From an uncultured Spirochaetaceae bacterium (GTDB lineage Bacteria; Spirochaetota; Spirochaetia; Sphaerochaetales; Sphaerochaetaceae): a stretch of 64,000 bases of DNA. The notes below the pieces were generated by a model, which worked only from the letters and a program-made list of their open reading frames with translations, ran no database searches and was not told where the DNA came from. This document shows positions 55,271 to 64,000 of the stretch, piece by piece; positions within the stretch are counted from its first letter, which is position 1, and every line of letters starts with the position of its first letter. Made by a program: the position numbers and the translations under genes. The stretch covers positions 15,757 through 79,756 of the forward strand of contig CAZLYD010000001.1 of NCBI GenBank assembly GCA_964563815.1, written 5' to 3'.

Positions 55271-56443
55271 TCACTCATAGCTAAGAGCTTCAATTGGATC
55301 AAGGCTCGAAGCCTTTGCTGCAGGATACCAACCAAAGAAAATGCCAACGGCTGAAGAGAAGCCTAAGGAAAGAACAACAGCAAGAGGAGAAATATATAGT
55401 GGCCAAGAAAAAGCTTTAGCAACTATATAACTAACTACATCTCCGAAAACTATTCCAATTATTCCACCAAGAATAGAAAGGACCGTTGCTTCTACTAAGA
55501 ATTGTCTTCTAATATCCTTTGGAGTTGCACCTAAAGCCTTTCTTATTCCTATCTCTCTTGTTCTCTCTACAACTGTCACGAGCATAATATTCATTATTCC
55601 TATGCCTCCGACAATAAGAGATATAGAAGCAATTGCAGACAAAAAGCTTGTTAGGTATCCAGTAACAGTACTTGTCATATCTACTAATTGCTGAGCTGTA
55701 GTAACTAAATAGTCGTTAGAAGAAGAACAAGAAGAAAGATATTCCTTTACACTATCAACTACATCAAGCGAAGAAAAATCTTCGTTCACAAGAAGAGTAT
55801 ATTGGCTAACAACATCTATCTTCCTTAATTTTGATGAAAAAGTGTTAAATGGAATATATGCAGAGTTATTTGTATTAGAAAGCATATTACCAGAAGTATC
55901 CTCTAAAACCCCAATTACTTTATATTTTTTTGCCTGATTGCGGTATAAAGAAACATAAGAGCCTAGTGCAGAGCCATCTGGAAACAAATCCTGAGCAAGG
56001 TCATAACCTAAAATAATTAATTGAGCATGCTCTATATTATCTTCTTTAGTAAACTGTTCACCATAAAGTAGCTCTAGCTTATTCTGCTTAAAATATTCGC
56101 TTGTTACTCCATAAACCTGGCAAGAATAGCTTTCCTGCATATATCTTATAATTGCTGAAGTAGAGGTAGAAGATGAGACACTTTCAATTCCAGTTACGTT
56201 ATCTAAAAAAGAATAACCAAATTCTTCATTAAAAACATCGTTACTGTTTAATGGAGTAACTGTAATTAAATCAACGCCTCCAATATTCATCGTATCAGAG
56301 ATAGACTTTTTTACACTCTCTCCCAGATTCATGATTGTAACAACAGAAGCAACACCTATTACAATACCCAAAAGAGAGAGAAATGTTCTCATTTTACTTG
56401 TAACTAAGCTATTGATAGCTAATTTAAGATTCTCGAAAAACAT
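55271..56443 (-). CDS. FtsX/MacB-type ABC transporter permease
   Basis: 390 aa. A TM helix, then a large periplasmic domain, then three TM helices with VERTREIGIRKALGA. Confidence 0.85.
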   Translation of the reverse strand: MFFENLKLAINSLVTSKMRTFLSLLGIVIGVASVVTIMNLGESVKKSISDTMNIGGVDLITVTPLNSNDVFNEEFGYSFLDNVTGIESVSSSTSTSAIIRYMQESYSCQVYGVTSEYFKQNKLELLYGEQFTKEDNIEHAQLIILGYDLAQDLFPDGSALGSYVSLYRNQAKKYKVIGVLEDTSGNMLSNTNNSAYIPFNTFSSKLRKIDVVSQYTLLVNEDFSSLDVVDSVKEYLSSCSSSNDYLVTTAQQLVDMTSTVTGYLTSFLSAIASISLIVGGIGIMNIMLVTVVERTREIGIRKALGATPKDIRRQFLVEATVLSILGGIIGIVFGDVVSYIVAKAFSWPLYISPLAVVLSLGFSSAVGIFFGWYPAAKASSLDPIEALSYE

Positions 56444-57125
56444 CTCTATCCTCTAACCTTCCATCTTTTATAAAGACCTGATTTGGACATTGCAAACCAA
56501 GCTTTCTATCATGAGTAACGAATACAATAGTTCGACCCTCTTCATTTAATTCTTGAAATAGTCCCATTACATCGCTACCTGTTCTACTATCGAGAGCACC
56601 AGTTGGTTCGTCAGCTAGTAAAATATCTGGATTATTAACCAAAGCTCTAGCTATAGCAACTCTTTGTTTTTGTCCACCACTAAGCTCCGAAGGAAGATGC
56701 TTCATTCTATCCTTAAGACCAACCTTTTCAAGCATAAATTCAGCTCTTTCTCTTCTCTCTTTATGTGAAACACAACCATAAACCATTGGCGTCATAACGT
56801 TCTCAATGGCATTAAGCTTACCAAGAAGGTTAAATTGTTGAAAAACGAATCCTATCTTCTCATTTCTTAGGTATGCTAATTCATCCTCGCTCATACCATT
56901 TGTAAGTTCTCCACCTATAGTAATGTAGCCACTTGTTGGAGTATCTAGGCATCCAATAAGATTCATCATTGTGGATTTACCACTACCACTGGGTCCCATT
57001 ATTGCAGTAAAGGAACCTTTTTCGAGAGAAAGAGAGACTCCGTCTAAAGCCTTTACTAAAAAATCTCCAACTAAGTAATAACGTCTAACATCTGTTAGCT
57101 TAATTACTTTTTCAGATTCCGACAC
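56424..57125 (-). CDS. MacB/LolD-type ABC transporter ATP-binding protein
   Basis: [32 protein letters not shown] and LLADEPTGALD. Confidence 0.9.
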   Translation of the reverse strand: MSESEKVIKLTDVRRYYLVGDFLVKALDGVSLSLEKGSFTAIMGPSGSGKSTMMNLIGCLDTPTSGYITIGGELTNGMSEDELAYLRNEKIGFVFQQFNLLGKLNAIENVMTPMVYGCVSHKERRERAEFMLEKVGLKDRMKHLPSELSGGQKQRVAIARALVNNPDILLADEPTGALDSRTGSDVMGLFQELNEEGRTIVFVTHDRKLGLQCPNQVFIKDGRLEDRDVFRES

Positions 57126-58230
57126 TAGAGAAACCTCCTCCTATAAGAAGTGAAGATAGTGGAGAAGAAGAGTTAGATTCATAGATTATAGTTTCACCCT
57201 CCGTTAAGCCAGATAATACTTGAGAATATCCTTCTCCCATATATTGAACAGTTATCTTTCTTGTCTCTATGTTTCCTTCTTTATCTTTAACCCTTACCGT
57301 GCTATCTCCTCCTCGTTCTGTAGCAACTGAAGAAGATGGAATAATTAGCATCTCTATATCGCTTTCTAATTCAATGTTACCAGAGAAGGTATAACCAGAA
57401 CGAAGACCAGAAGGAGGATTAGCAATTGTTAATTCTACTTCAACTACTCCAATTCCCTGCTGAGTATACTTTCCTTCCATTGGAATATATGAAACATAGC
57501 TATCAACAGTTACACCAGGAAGAGCATCAAAATGTAATTCTGCAGTCTGTCCTAGTTCTATATATTGCATATCTATTTCATCTATTTCGACAGTAGTCTT
57601 CAGTTTTGATACATCGATAATAGTAAGAGCGGAAGAACCAGCCTCAAAATAGTCATTAACAGCTACATCTACCTTAGAAACAACACCATCAAAGTTAGCT
57701 GTTAAGGTAGTATAATCAAGCATGTTTTGATAGTTTTCACGTCTCATCTTCAAAAGCTCTAAGCTCCTAGTGGCTCCCTGTATCTCTGCTTCAGCTATCT
57801 GATTATCTATATCCTGAAGATTCAGCTTTTGAGAGGTGTTGTCGATAGTTGCTAGCACTTCACCTTCTCTTACAAAGTCTCCTTCCTTAACAAATACGCC
57901 GGTAACAGCACCCGTTGACCTAAATTTTGCATCCAATCTATCATATGGTTCAACAAAACCAGAGACATCAATACTTTTACTGTATTGTGTCTTTGTAACT
58001 ACATACTCGATGCTAGATTGAGCATTTTGAAGAGCCTTAATACGCTCTTCACTCTCCGTTTTCATCTTTAAAAACCAAATTAGAACAAGAAAAACAATAA
58101 AAAAAACAACAAGCCAACCAACGATGCTCTTTATTCTCTTTTTTCTTTTACGTTGAGCATTCGCTGCTCTTAGCTTCTTTTCTTGTCTCTCGCTTTCGCT
58201 TAATATTTCATTCTTATTATCCATTTCCAT
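57112..58230 (-). CDS. HlyD/MacA-type periplasmic adaptor (membrane fusion) protein
   Basis: 372 aa. N-terminal TM helix, a lipoyl-like motif (FVKEGDFVREGEVLATID) and coiled-coil segments. Confidence 0.8.
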   Translation of the reverse strand: MEMDNKNEILSESERQEKKLRAANAQRKRKKRIKSIVGWLVVFFIVFLVLIWFLKMKTESEERIKALQNAQSSIEYVVTKTQYSKSIDVSGFVEPYDRLDAKFRSTGAVTGVFVKEGDFVREGEVLATIDNTSQKLNLQDIDNQIAEAEIQGATRSLELLKMRRENYQNMLDYTTLTANFDGVVSKVDVAVNDYFEAGSSALTIIDVSKLKTTVEIDEIDMQYIELGQTAELHFDALPGVTVDSYVSYIPMEGKYTQQGIGVVEVELTIANPPSGLRSGYTFSGNIELESDIEMLIIPSSSVATERGGDSTVRVKDKEGNIETRKITVQYMGEGYSQVLSGLTEGETIIYESNSSSPLSSLLIGGGFSSVGI

Positions 58231-58235
58231 TATCC

Positions 58236-59618
58236 TTATAAAGCAAAAATATCTAATTCACACTGTAGACTCAAGCCTTCCAATAATACTTGTTGCCAAC
58301 TCTTTTCTGCATTTTCAAATGCAACTCTTGCACTATCTAAACTATCGAGAGTAGATATACCTAAATTATATAATGTTTCTTCATTTTCCAGAGTTACTCT
58401 CTTTAATTCTAAGTCGCTCTTACTCTGTGCTTTCTTGTTTTCCCAATTTAGAATCCTTAAGCTATAGCTTTGAACGTCTTGATGATAAGAGGAAAGCTTT
58501 TCTAAATAACTATTTTGTGCACTTTGAGCATCATTAGAGGCTTTTTCAACAGTTCTAATGTTACTATTACTATTGTTAGACCACCTTCCACTTATAGTAA
58601 CACCAGTCTTAACCTTACCATCTTCTCCGATTGTGAAGTTCGGAACAGCACTTACACTCCAAGAAGATGAAGTATAAGTAGCACTTAAATTAATATTAGT
58701 ATTGTGATTCAAGTTATTAGAAGAAAGAGAAAGAGAAACATTAAGCAATGCTGGATTATAGGTTGCAATAGCTTCATTGAGCTTTTCAAATGCACCTTCT
58801 GCCTTTAATGATTCAATTAAAACTGCAGTATTTCCATTTTCATATGTAATATACTCTAATTCAAAATCTTCAATAGCATCTAAGCTTACCCAATCTAAGC
58901 CTGATAATGTTTTGTAAGAGGTAAGTAGATTATTATATTGTGTCTTTGTTTCTTCCAAATTATTCTTCAGCTCTACTAGAGTATTTTGAACATTAAGAAA
59001 GGTGGGAGAGCTTGATGAATAGCTATTTAGAGTGTTAAGAGCATCTAACGCCTTTTGCTGCTTATTAACATTATATTCAAGTGTATTTATGCTCTTCTCC
59101 ATTTCAATTATCTGAGAAACAGTTGTTATTACTGTTTTCTCAAAACTAAGCTCTGCTTCTCTATATGTTTTCTCTGTTTGATACTTTGTTGAAGCATAAA
59201 CTAAGTCATCAGCTTTGTCTTCGTCGTATGGAGAAAAATCAAAAGAATGAGACGCTGTCAACGAGCCATCTAGCACTGTGTGAGTTCCATCATATTTAGC
59301 TTTGATGTTAGCCCTTCCTTCTACTATTGTGCCACCTAAACTGGGAAGTGTAACTTTTACTGAGGGTGAGACTAATATTTCATTATTCTCTACTCCATCT
59401 AAAGGAACAACATCAGCACCAAGGGTAATCCCAACCTTGTCTTTTTCTTCTAAGTCTAAAATAGAAAGAAGACCGTTTTTGTAATTAAGAAGAATAGTTT
59501 GGTATGTTGGACTATTATTCTTTGCTCCTTCTATTATTTCATCTATCGTTACAGCACTAAGAGAGAAAGATAAAACAAAAAAAAGTAACAATAAAATAAA
59601 CAATTTATTTTTTTTCAT
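58236..59618 (-). CDS. TolC-like outer-membrane efflux protein
   Basis: 460 aa with a signal peptide, two-repeat helical composition and its position upstream of the adaptor/ABC genes. Confidence 0.7.
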   Translation of the reverse strand: MKKNKLFILLLLFFVLSFSLSAVTIDEIIEGAKNNSPTYQTILLNYKNGLLSILDLEEKDKVGITLGADVVPLDGVENNEILVSPSVKVTLPSLGGTIVEGRANIKAKYDGTHTVLDGSLTASHSFDFSPYDEDKADDLVYASTKYQTEKTYREAELSFEKTVITTVSQIIEMEKSINTLEYNVNKQQKALDALNTLNSYSSSSPTFLNVQNTLVELKNNLEETKTQYNNLLTSYKTLSGLDWVSLDAIEDFELEYITYENGNTAVLIESLKAEGAFEKLNEAIATYNPALLNVSLSLSSNNLNHNTNINLSATYTSSSWSVSAVPNFTIGEDGKVKTGVTISGRWSNNSNSNIRTVEKASNDAQSAQNSYLEKLSSYHQDVQSYSLRILNWENKKAQSKSDLELKRVTLENEETLYNLGISTLDSLDSARVAFENAEKSWQQVLLEGLSLQCELDIFAL

Positions 59619-59752
59619 TATGTCTCCATTTTTACAGAGAATTCTATTACTCTATTAATTATAAAGATAATATCTAAATTTGCATTAACCGTGAAGATTT
59701 TGAGTATTTTATTATCTTCACTAGACTTCACACTTTAAGTAAAATAACAAGC

Positions 59753-60682
59753 ATGATTAGAAAAAAATTAGAAGATCCTTTTTTATTGGAACATTTATCC
59801 CATCTACCAGATGATAGAAGAGAAATATACCTTTTATGTGATGGCGAAATAAGACTAAGTGCAGTTAGTGCAACTAGAACTATAAACCAAATGAAGGCAA
59901 ACCACGAAACAGGACCACTAGAAACATACATTCTAGGCCAGGGATACATAGCTGGAGCTCTTCTTTCATCAGAAGTAAAGGGAAATGATAGAATACAACT
60001 AAGTATAGAATGTGGCGGACCAGTAAAGGGCATGCAAATAGAAGCATGGGCCTGTGGTGCTGTTAGAGGATACTTAATGAATAACCCAATTCCTCTCTCA
60101 TCTCCCCTCACATCCCTTGATACAAATGCTATTTATGGCCCTGGCTTTTTATCAATAACAAAGATACTCGAAGGCTCCAAAACACCATTTACTGGTCAAA
60201 TAATGATGGAATATGGTCATCTTGCTCAGGATTTAGCACTTTATTATCAAAAATCGGAGCAGACCCCTTCACTATTTTCACTATCTCTTTCTTTTGATAA
60301 AGAAGCAAGAGTGTGGGGAGCTGGAGGAATAATGCTACAAGCTATGCCTGAATGTAGAGTTGAAGTTCTAGAAGAAATCCAAAAAAGTGCTTCCTCTTTT
60401 TCTAATATTGGAGACTGGGTTGCTAGTGGAAACGACATTACAGAGTATATTGAGAATACCTTTAGTAAATATGGTGTAACACACCTAGGTCATGCCCCAA
60501 TAGGTTTTTCATGCCCATGTAGTGAGAAAAACTTTTCTTCATATCTTCAAAATCTTCCACAAAAGGAAAAAGATGAAATACTATCTGGGCCAATGCCATT
60601 AAAACTGCAGTGCTTTAATTGTGGCACTGAATATTCATATACGAAGAGTCAATTGTTACAGCTCTTCTCGGAGGAAAAATGA
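59753..60682 (+). CDS. hslO: redox-regulated chaperone Hsp33
   Basis: 309 aa with the C-terminal zinc centre CPCS...CFNCG. Confidence 0.9.
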   Translation: MIRKKLEDPFLLEHLSHLPDDRREIYLLCDGEIRLSAVSATRTINQMKANHETGPLETYILGQGYIAGALLSSEVKGNDRIQLSIECGGPVKGMQIEAWACGAVRGYLMNNPIPLSSPLTSLDTNAIYGPGFLSITKILEGSKTPFTGQIMMEYGHLAQDLALYYQKSEQTPSLFSLSLSFDKEARVWGAGGIMLQAMPECRVEVLEEIQKSASSFSNIGDWVASGNDITEYIENTFSKYGVTHLGHAPIGFSCPCSEKNFSSYLQNLPQKEKDEILSGPMPLKLQCFNCGTEYSYTKSQLLQLFSEEK

Positions 60683-62877
60683 TTTATTTTGCAACAAGTG
60701 CAGCAAACCAAGGTGATTTAATTGCAAACGAAGCAAGAGAATGTGGTGCAACTAGAGTAAAAGTAACCCCAAGTGGCGTCGAATTCGAAGGAGATTTAGA
60801 GACAGGATATCGTTTTACTTTCAACACACGCATATCTAGTCGTCTTCTTCTTGGACTATTTTATGATGAAGATATCATCAGCGATGATGAATTGGAAGAA
60901 GCAACAGCAGAAATTCCATGGGAAGAATATATTACACCAGAGAAAACACTAAAGGTTACATGCACATCTCAAAACTGCTCATACATTAAAAACACTCATT
61001 ATGGTGCTTTAAAAGTTAAAGATGGTATAGTAAAGAGAATTAGAAGCAAGTTCGATAATCTTAGACCAAATATCGAAATTCATGATCCAGATCTATCTGT
61101 CCATGTTCACATCGAAGGCGATAGCGTTAAATGGTATATCGATTTTTCGGGAGAAAACCTCTCTATGCGTGGCTACAGAGGAGAACAGACAGAGGCTCTC
61201 CTAAAAGAACATCTAGCAGCAGCATTAATTGAGAGAAGTGAATGGAAAAAGAGTGTAGATAATAATGCACCTCTTCCTTTCTATGACCCATTCTGTGGCT
61301 CTGGTACAATAGCAATTGAAGCAGCATTAATGGCAACAAACACAGCTCCAGGCTTACTAAGAAAGAAACCATACCAATTTGAAAAGCTACCATCCTTCGA
61401 TAGCAGCTTATTTGAAAAAATAGTAGACGAAGCAGAAGAAAAAAGAGAAAAAGCCCTCAATGAGAGAGACATTTCAATTTATGCCAGTGATATTTCTCGT
61501 ACAGCCGTAGAAATAAGTAAAGCAGCTGCATTAAAGGCCGGTGTATTAGATTTTATCGATTTCTCTGTCGCCGATTTTACAAAAAAGGAAAAAGCTCCAA
61601 CTGCCATCGGATGTATTGTTACAGACCCTCCTTATGGAGAAAGAATGGCCGTTAGAGATATAGACAAGCTATACTATGAAATAGGTAGAGCACTACAAAA
61701 TACCTACAAGGGTTGGAAAGCAACTATTTTGACAGGAAATAGCGAATTACTCGCCAACATCGACCTAAAGCCAGAGAAAACAAACACTCTCTTTAATGGT
61801 GGTATTCAATGTCAGGCTGCTCATTATTCTATCTTCACAGATGAAGAAAGAAATAAAATGATGGAGAAGGCACTAGAGAAAAAGAAAATCAGACAGTCCT
61901 CTCCTCTCTCTCCTTACGCAAGTATTATTTATGATTATCTTCTTGAGAGACTCAATACCCTTGGAAATAAAATGAAAGAGGATGGTATTGATTGCTATCG
62001 TCTATATGACGAAGATAATCCCGATTATCCTTATGCCATCGACATCTACATGGGCAAATGGGTTGTCGTATATGAATATGTTTCCTCCTCTATTGGAGAA
62101 GAAGAAAAAAGAAGAAGAATTGACGATCTACTACTTGCCGTAGAAAGAGCAACTGGAATAGACATTGAAAAAATATATCTTAAAGAACGTTCAAGAATGA
62201 AAGGAAAAGAGCAATATAATAAACTAGCATCTAATACTAACATGTATGTTGCTCAAGAAAATGGTGTCAAATTCCTTGTTAATTTTACAAATTATATCGA
62301 TACAGGAATCTTTTTAGACCATAGACCAGTGAGAAAGCTTATTCAAAATATGGCAAAGGATAAGAGATTCTTAAATCTCTTCTGCTATACAGGAACAGCA
62401 ACTCTAAATGCTATAAAGGGTGGTGCACTTTCTACAGTTTCTGTAGACACATCCTCCACATATCTATCATGGCTTACGGAAAATTTAAAAATTAATGGTT
62501 ATTCCACAGTCTTTGGTAACTACCTTTATAAATCAGATGCTATCGACTGGCTTTGGAATACCTATGATAAATTTGACTTAATCTTCTGCGATCCTCCTTC
62601 TTTTTCAAATAGTAAAGGAAGAAACGACTTTGATGTTCAACGAGATCATAAGAGACTAATAGAAGCAGCAGTAATGCACCTTTCTAAAAATGGTACTTTA
62701 ATTTTCTCAAACAACTTAAGAACATTTAAAATGAGCGAAGAAATTTTGAATAAGTATATTGTTGAAGACATAACAGAAAAAACAATTGGGGAAGATTTTA
62801 GAAGAGAAAAAACTATCCACCATTGTTTCTTAATAAAGAACAAGGTAAAGATTTCTATTAAGAGAGTGAAAAAGTAA
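60679..62877 (+). CDS. rlmL: bifunctional 23S rRNA methyltransferase RlmKL (THUMP plus two SAM-MTase domains)
   Basis: 732 aa. N-terminal THUMP-like region, DPFCGSGT, DPPYGER, and a second MTase ending CDPPSFS. Confidence 0.85.
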   Translation: MIYFATSAANQGDLIANEARECGATRVKVTPSGVEFEGDLETGYRFTFNTRISSRLLLGLFYDEDIISDDELEEATAEIPWEEYITPEKTLKVTCTSQNCSYIKNTHYGALKVKDGIVKRIRSKFDNLRPNIEIHDPDLSVHVHIEGDSVKWYIDFSGENLSMRGYRGEQTEALLKEHLAAALIERSEWKKSVDNNAPLPFYDPFCGSGTIAIEAALMATNTAPGLLRKKPYQFEKLPSFDSSLFEKIVDEAEEKREKALNERDISIYASDISRTAVEISKAAALKAGVLDFIDFSVADFTKKEKAPTAIGCIVTDPPYGERMAVRDIDKLYYEIGRALQNTYKGWKATILTGNSELLANIDLKPEKTNTLFNGGIQCQAAHYSIFTDEERNKMMEKALEKKKIRQSSPLSPYASIIYDYLLERLNTLGNKMKEDGIDCYRLYDEDNPDYPYAIDIYMGKWVVVYEYVSSSIGEEEKRRRIDDLLLAVERATGIDIEKIYLKERSRMKGKEQYNKLASNTNMYVAQENGVKFLVNFTNYIDTGIFLDHRPVRKLIQNMAKDKRFLNLFCYTGTATLNAIKGGALSTVSVDTSSTYLSWLTENLKINGYSTVFGNYLYKSDAIDWLWNTYDKFDLIFCDPPSFSNSKGRNDFDVQRDHKRLIEAAVMHLSKNGTLIFSNNLRTFKMSEEILNKYIVEDITEKTIGEDFRREKTIHHCFLIKNKVKISIKRVKK

Positions 62878-62895
62878 TAGAATTATCTACATTTA

Positions 62896-62938
62896 AATAA
62901 TCCCTTTTAACAAAAAGAGTTAAAAGGGATTATTTTTT
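62896..62938 (+). terminator. Rho-independent terminator after rlmKL
   Basis: aataatcccttttaa-N9-ttaaaagggattatt gives a 15-bp stem running into a T6 tract. Confidence 0.8.
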
Positions 62939-62952
62939 ACTTAACTAACTAA

Positions 62953-63153
62953 TTAAGGTGTTTCTTTAAAACCAATATCTGGTATTTTACTTTCTTTGTA
63001 ATCAGAAATTACAACAGTTGCATATTTTGAACCAGTTTTATCAATACTAATAAAAGATGGCTCTGTTGTTCCACTACTCTTTAGTTCTTCTGTAAAGACT
63101 TCTCCAAAGTAGTTACCTGTATAATTATAAGTATTAGCACCAATAACATACAT
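62953..63153 (-). CDS. 66-aa orphan ORF, possibly a gene remnant
   Basis: ORF track only. No Shine-Dalgarno and no recognisable motif. It sits in an AT-rich, gene-poor gap. Confidence 0.2.
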   Translation of the reverse strand: MYVIGANTYNYTGNYFGEVFTEELKSSGTTEPSFISIDKTGSKYATVVISDYKESKIPDIGFKETP

Positions 63154-63307
63154 TAATTATATTATTTAACAAAATATTGTTAGATAACAAACAAACATAA
63201 CCATATTGTCTATTATAAATTTTACTAAAATATTTTTACAACTAAAAATTTACCGTCTCACTATCTTTTTTTTCGGGCTTCAAAGTAAGAAAAATACTCT
63301 GTGAAAC

Positions 63308-63341
63308 AAAAAAATCGTCCTAGAGTAATATCTAGAACGAT
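63308..63341 (-). terminator. Rho-independent terminator after the MazG-like gene
   Basis: Minus strand reads atcgttctag-N8-ctaggacgat (one G-U pair) followed by ttttttt. Confidence 0.65.
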
Positions 63342-63365
63342 CAGAATACATGTAGAAACAGAAAA

Positions 63366-63704
63366 CTATAGCTCGTTATACTTCTTTTTTGAGTCTTTAG
63401 CTTTCTCTACTGGATACTTTTTTCTATTCTTAACCATCTTATCTTTAATTATTTCATTTAAATCAAAATTAAGCACAGACGCAAAATCAATTGCATATAC
63501 AATTACATCTGCTAGCTCTTCTTTCATCTTCTCCCTATTTTGTTCTAAAGCCTCTTCATTTGTTTTCCATTGGAATAGCTCTAGTAATTCAGAAGCTTCA
63601 AGACTAAGAGAGAGGGCAAGATCCTTGGGATTATGAAATTGCTCCCAATTTCTTTCTTTAACAAAATTTAAACAGTCATCAATAGTTTCTTTTTTAATGT
63701 CCAT
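63366..63704 (-). CDS. MazG-like nucleotide pyrophosphohydrolase (small all-alpha NTP-PPase)
   Basis: 112 aa. EASELLELFQWK...EELADVIVYAIDFA carries the EExxE/D metal motifs. Confidence 0.8.
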   Translation of the reverse strand: MDIKKETIDDCLNFVKERNWEQFHNPKDLALSLSLEASELLELFQWKTNEEALEQNREKMKEELADVIVYAIDFASVLNFDLNEIIKDKMVKNRKKYPVEKAKDSKKKYNEL

Positions 63705-63754
63705 AGCAAAAAAATATGGCTCCGAAAAAATCGGAGCCGTATATATTAGTTCGT

Positions 63755-64000
63755 TTAGAACTTAATTCCTAAACCAACGTTAGCACCGACAAAGAGATGA
63801 GACTTATCAAGTGCAAATGTATTAATGTCCTTAACACGAAGCTTTGCATTTCCTTCGAAATTAAGTGTTACATGGTTACCTAAATTGAAGGAAGCACCTG
63901 CAAGTCCTGTTAATGCCCAAGAAGTATTAAAGCCGTAGAGTGGAGCTTCTGTTGAATCAACTGGATCAAATCCATTAGAGACAAATGAATATCCCATACC
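63755..64000 (-). CDS. outer-membrane beta-barrel protein (OmpA-beta-barrel/opacity-porin-like), N-terminus beyond window
   Basis: C-terminal sequence ...HLFVGANVGLGIKF* with alternating hydrophobic residues and a terminal Phe. The frame is open to the window edge. This family differs from paralogs A-C. Confidence 0.6.
   Translation of the reverse strand, partial: GMGYSFVSNGFDPVDSTEAPLYGFNTSWALTGLAGASFNLGNHVTLNFEGNAKLRVKDINTFALDKSHLFVGANVGLGIKF

Noticed and set aside
59728-60111. 127-aa minus-strand ORF overlapping the hslO 5' end
   Set aside because: It is antisense to Hsp33, which is identified by its CxC...CxxC zinc centre. It has no RBS.
1-64000. CRISPR arrays, rRNA or tRNA genes, tandem repeats and IS elements
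   Set aside because: Scanning intergenic regions by eye, I found no regularly spaced direct repeats, no T-loop/acceptor-like tRNA patterns and no transposase-like ORFs. This is a visual scan, so small or degenerate elements could have been missed.

Overview
This is a 64-kb, low-GC (roughly 35% by eye) chromosomal segment from a diderm bacterium. A TolC-like gene, C-terminal-Phe beta-barrel-type proteins and signal peptides ending ...LFAQG / ...SAFAG faintly suggest a host-associated Treponema-like spirochete. I cannot verify the taxon without a database search. I support about 58 protein-coding genes and found no rRNA, tRNA or CRISPR array. Most of the window is ordinary core and transport content:
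- housekeeping: rplM-rpsI, recX, a UvrD/PcrA helicase, rimO, aroA, a PatB-like lyase, glgA, thyA-folA, pepF, hslO, rlmKL and a MazG-like gene
- transport: an oligopeptide ABC system (BCDF, then A), an AGCS symporter, an amino-acid ABC system, two MATE pumps, an NMT1-like ABC importer and a MacAB-type pump with adaptor and TolC
- glycan use: a ROK-regulated sugar-ABC / GH20 / GH2 beta-mannosidase locus.

The stand-out region is 0.7-10.7 kb. Two paralogous stand-alone tyrosine recombinases are each divergently paired, across spacers of about 100-115 nt, with a member of a three-member family of signal-peptide-bearing putative outer-membrane surface proteins. Family members share conserved 5' ends and C-terminal strands but have unrelated central parts. 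Paralog A is frameshifted and has no obvious promoter. Paralog B lies tail-to-tail with A and has a near-consensus sigma70 promoter. The recombinases share a 65-nt perfectly identical stretch. I propose, as inference only, a recombinase-associated surface-protein switching or cassette system. All functional calls rest on motifs I recognise in the translations. No searches were run.
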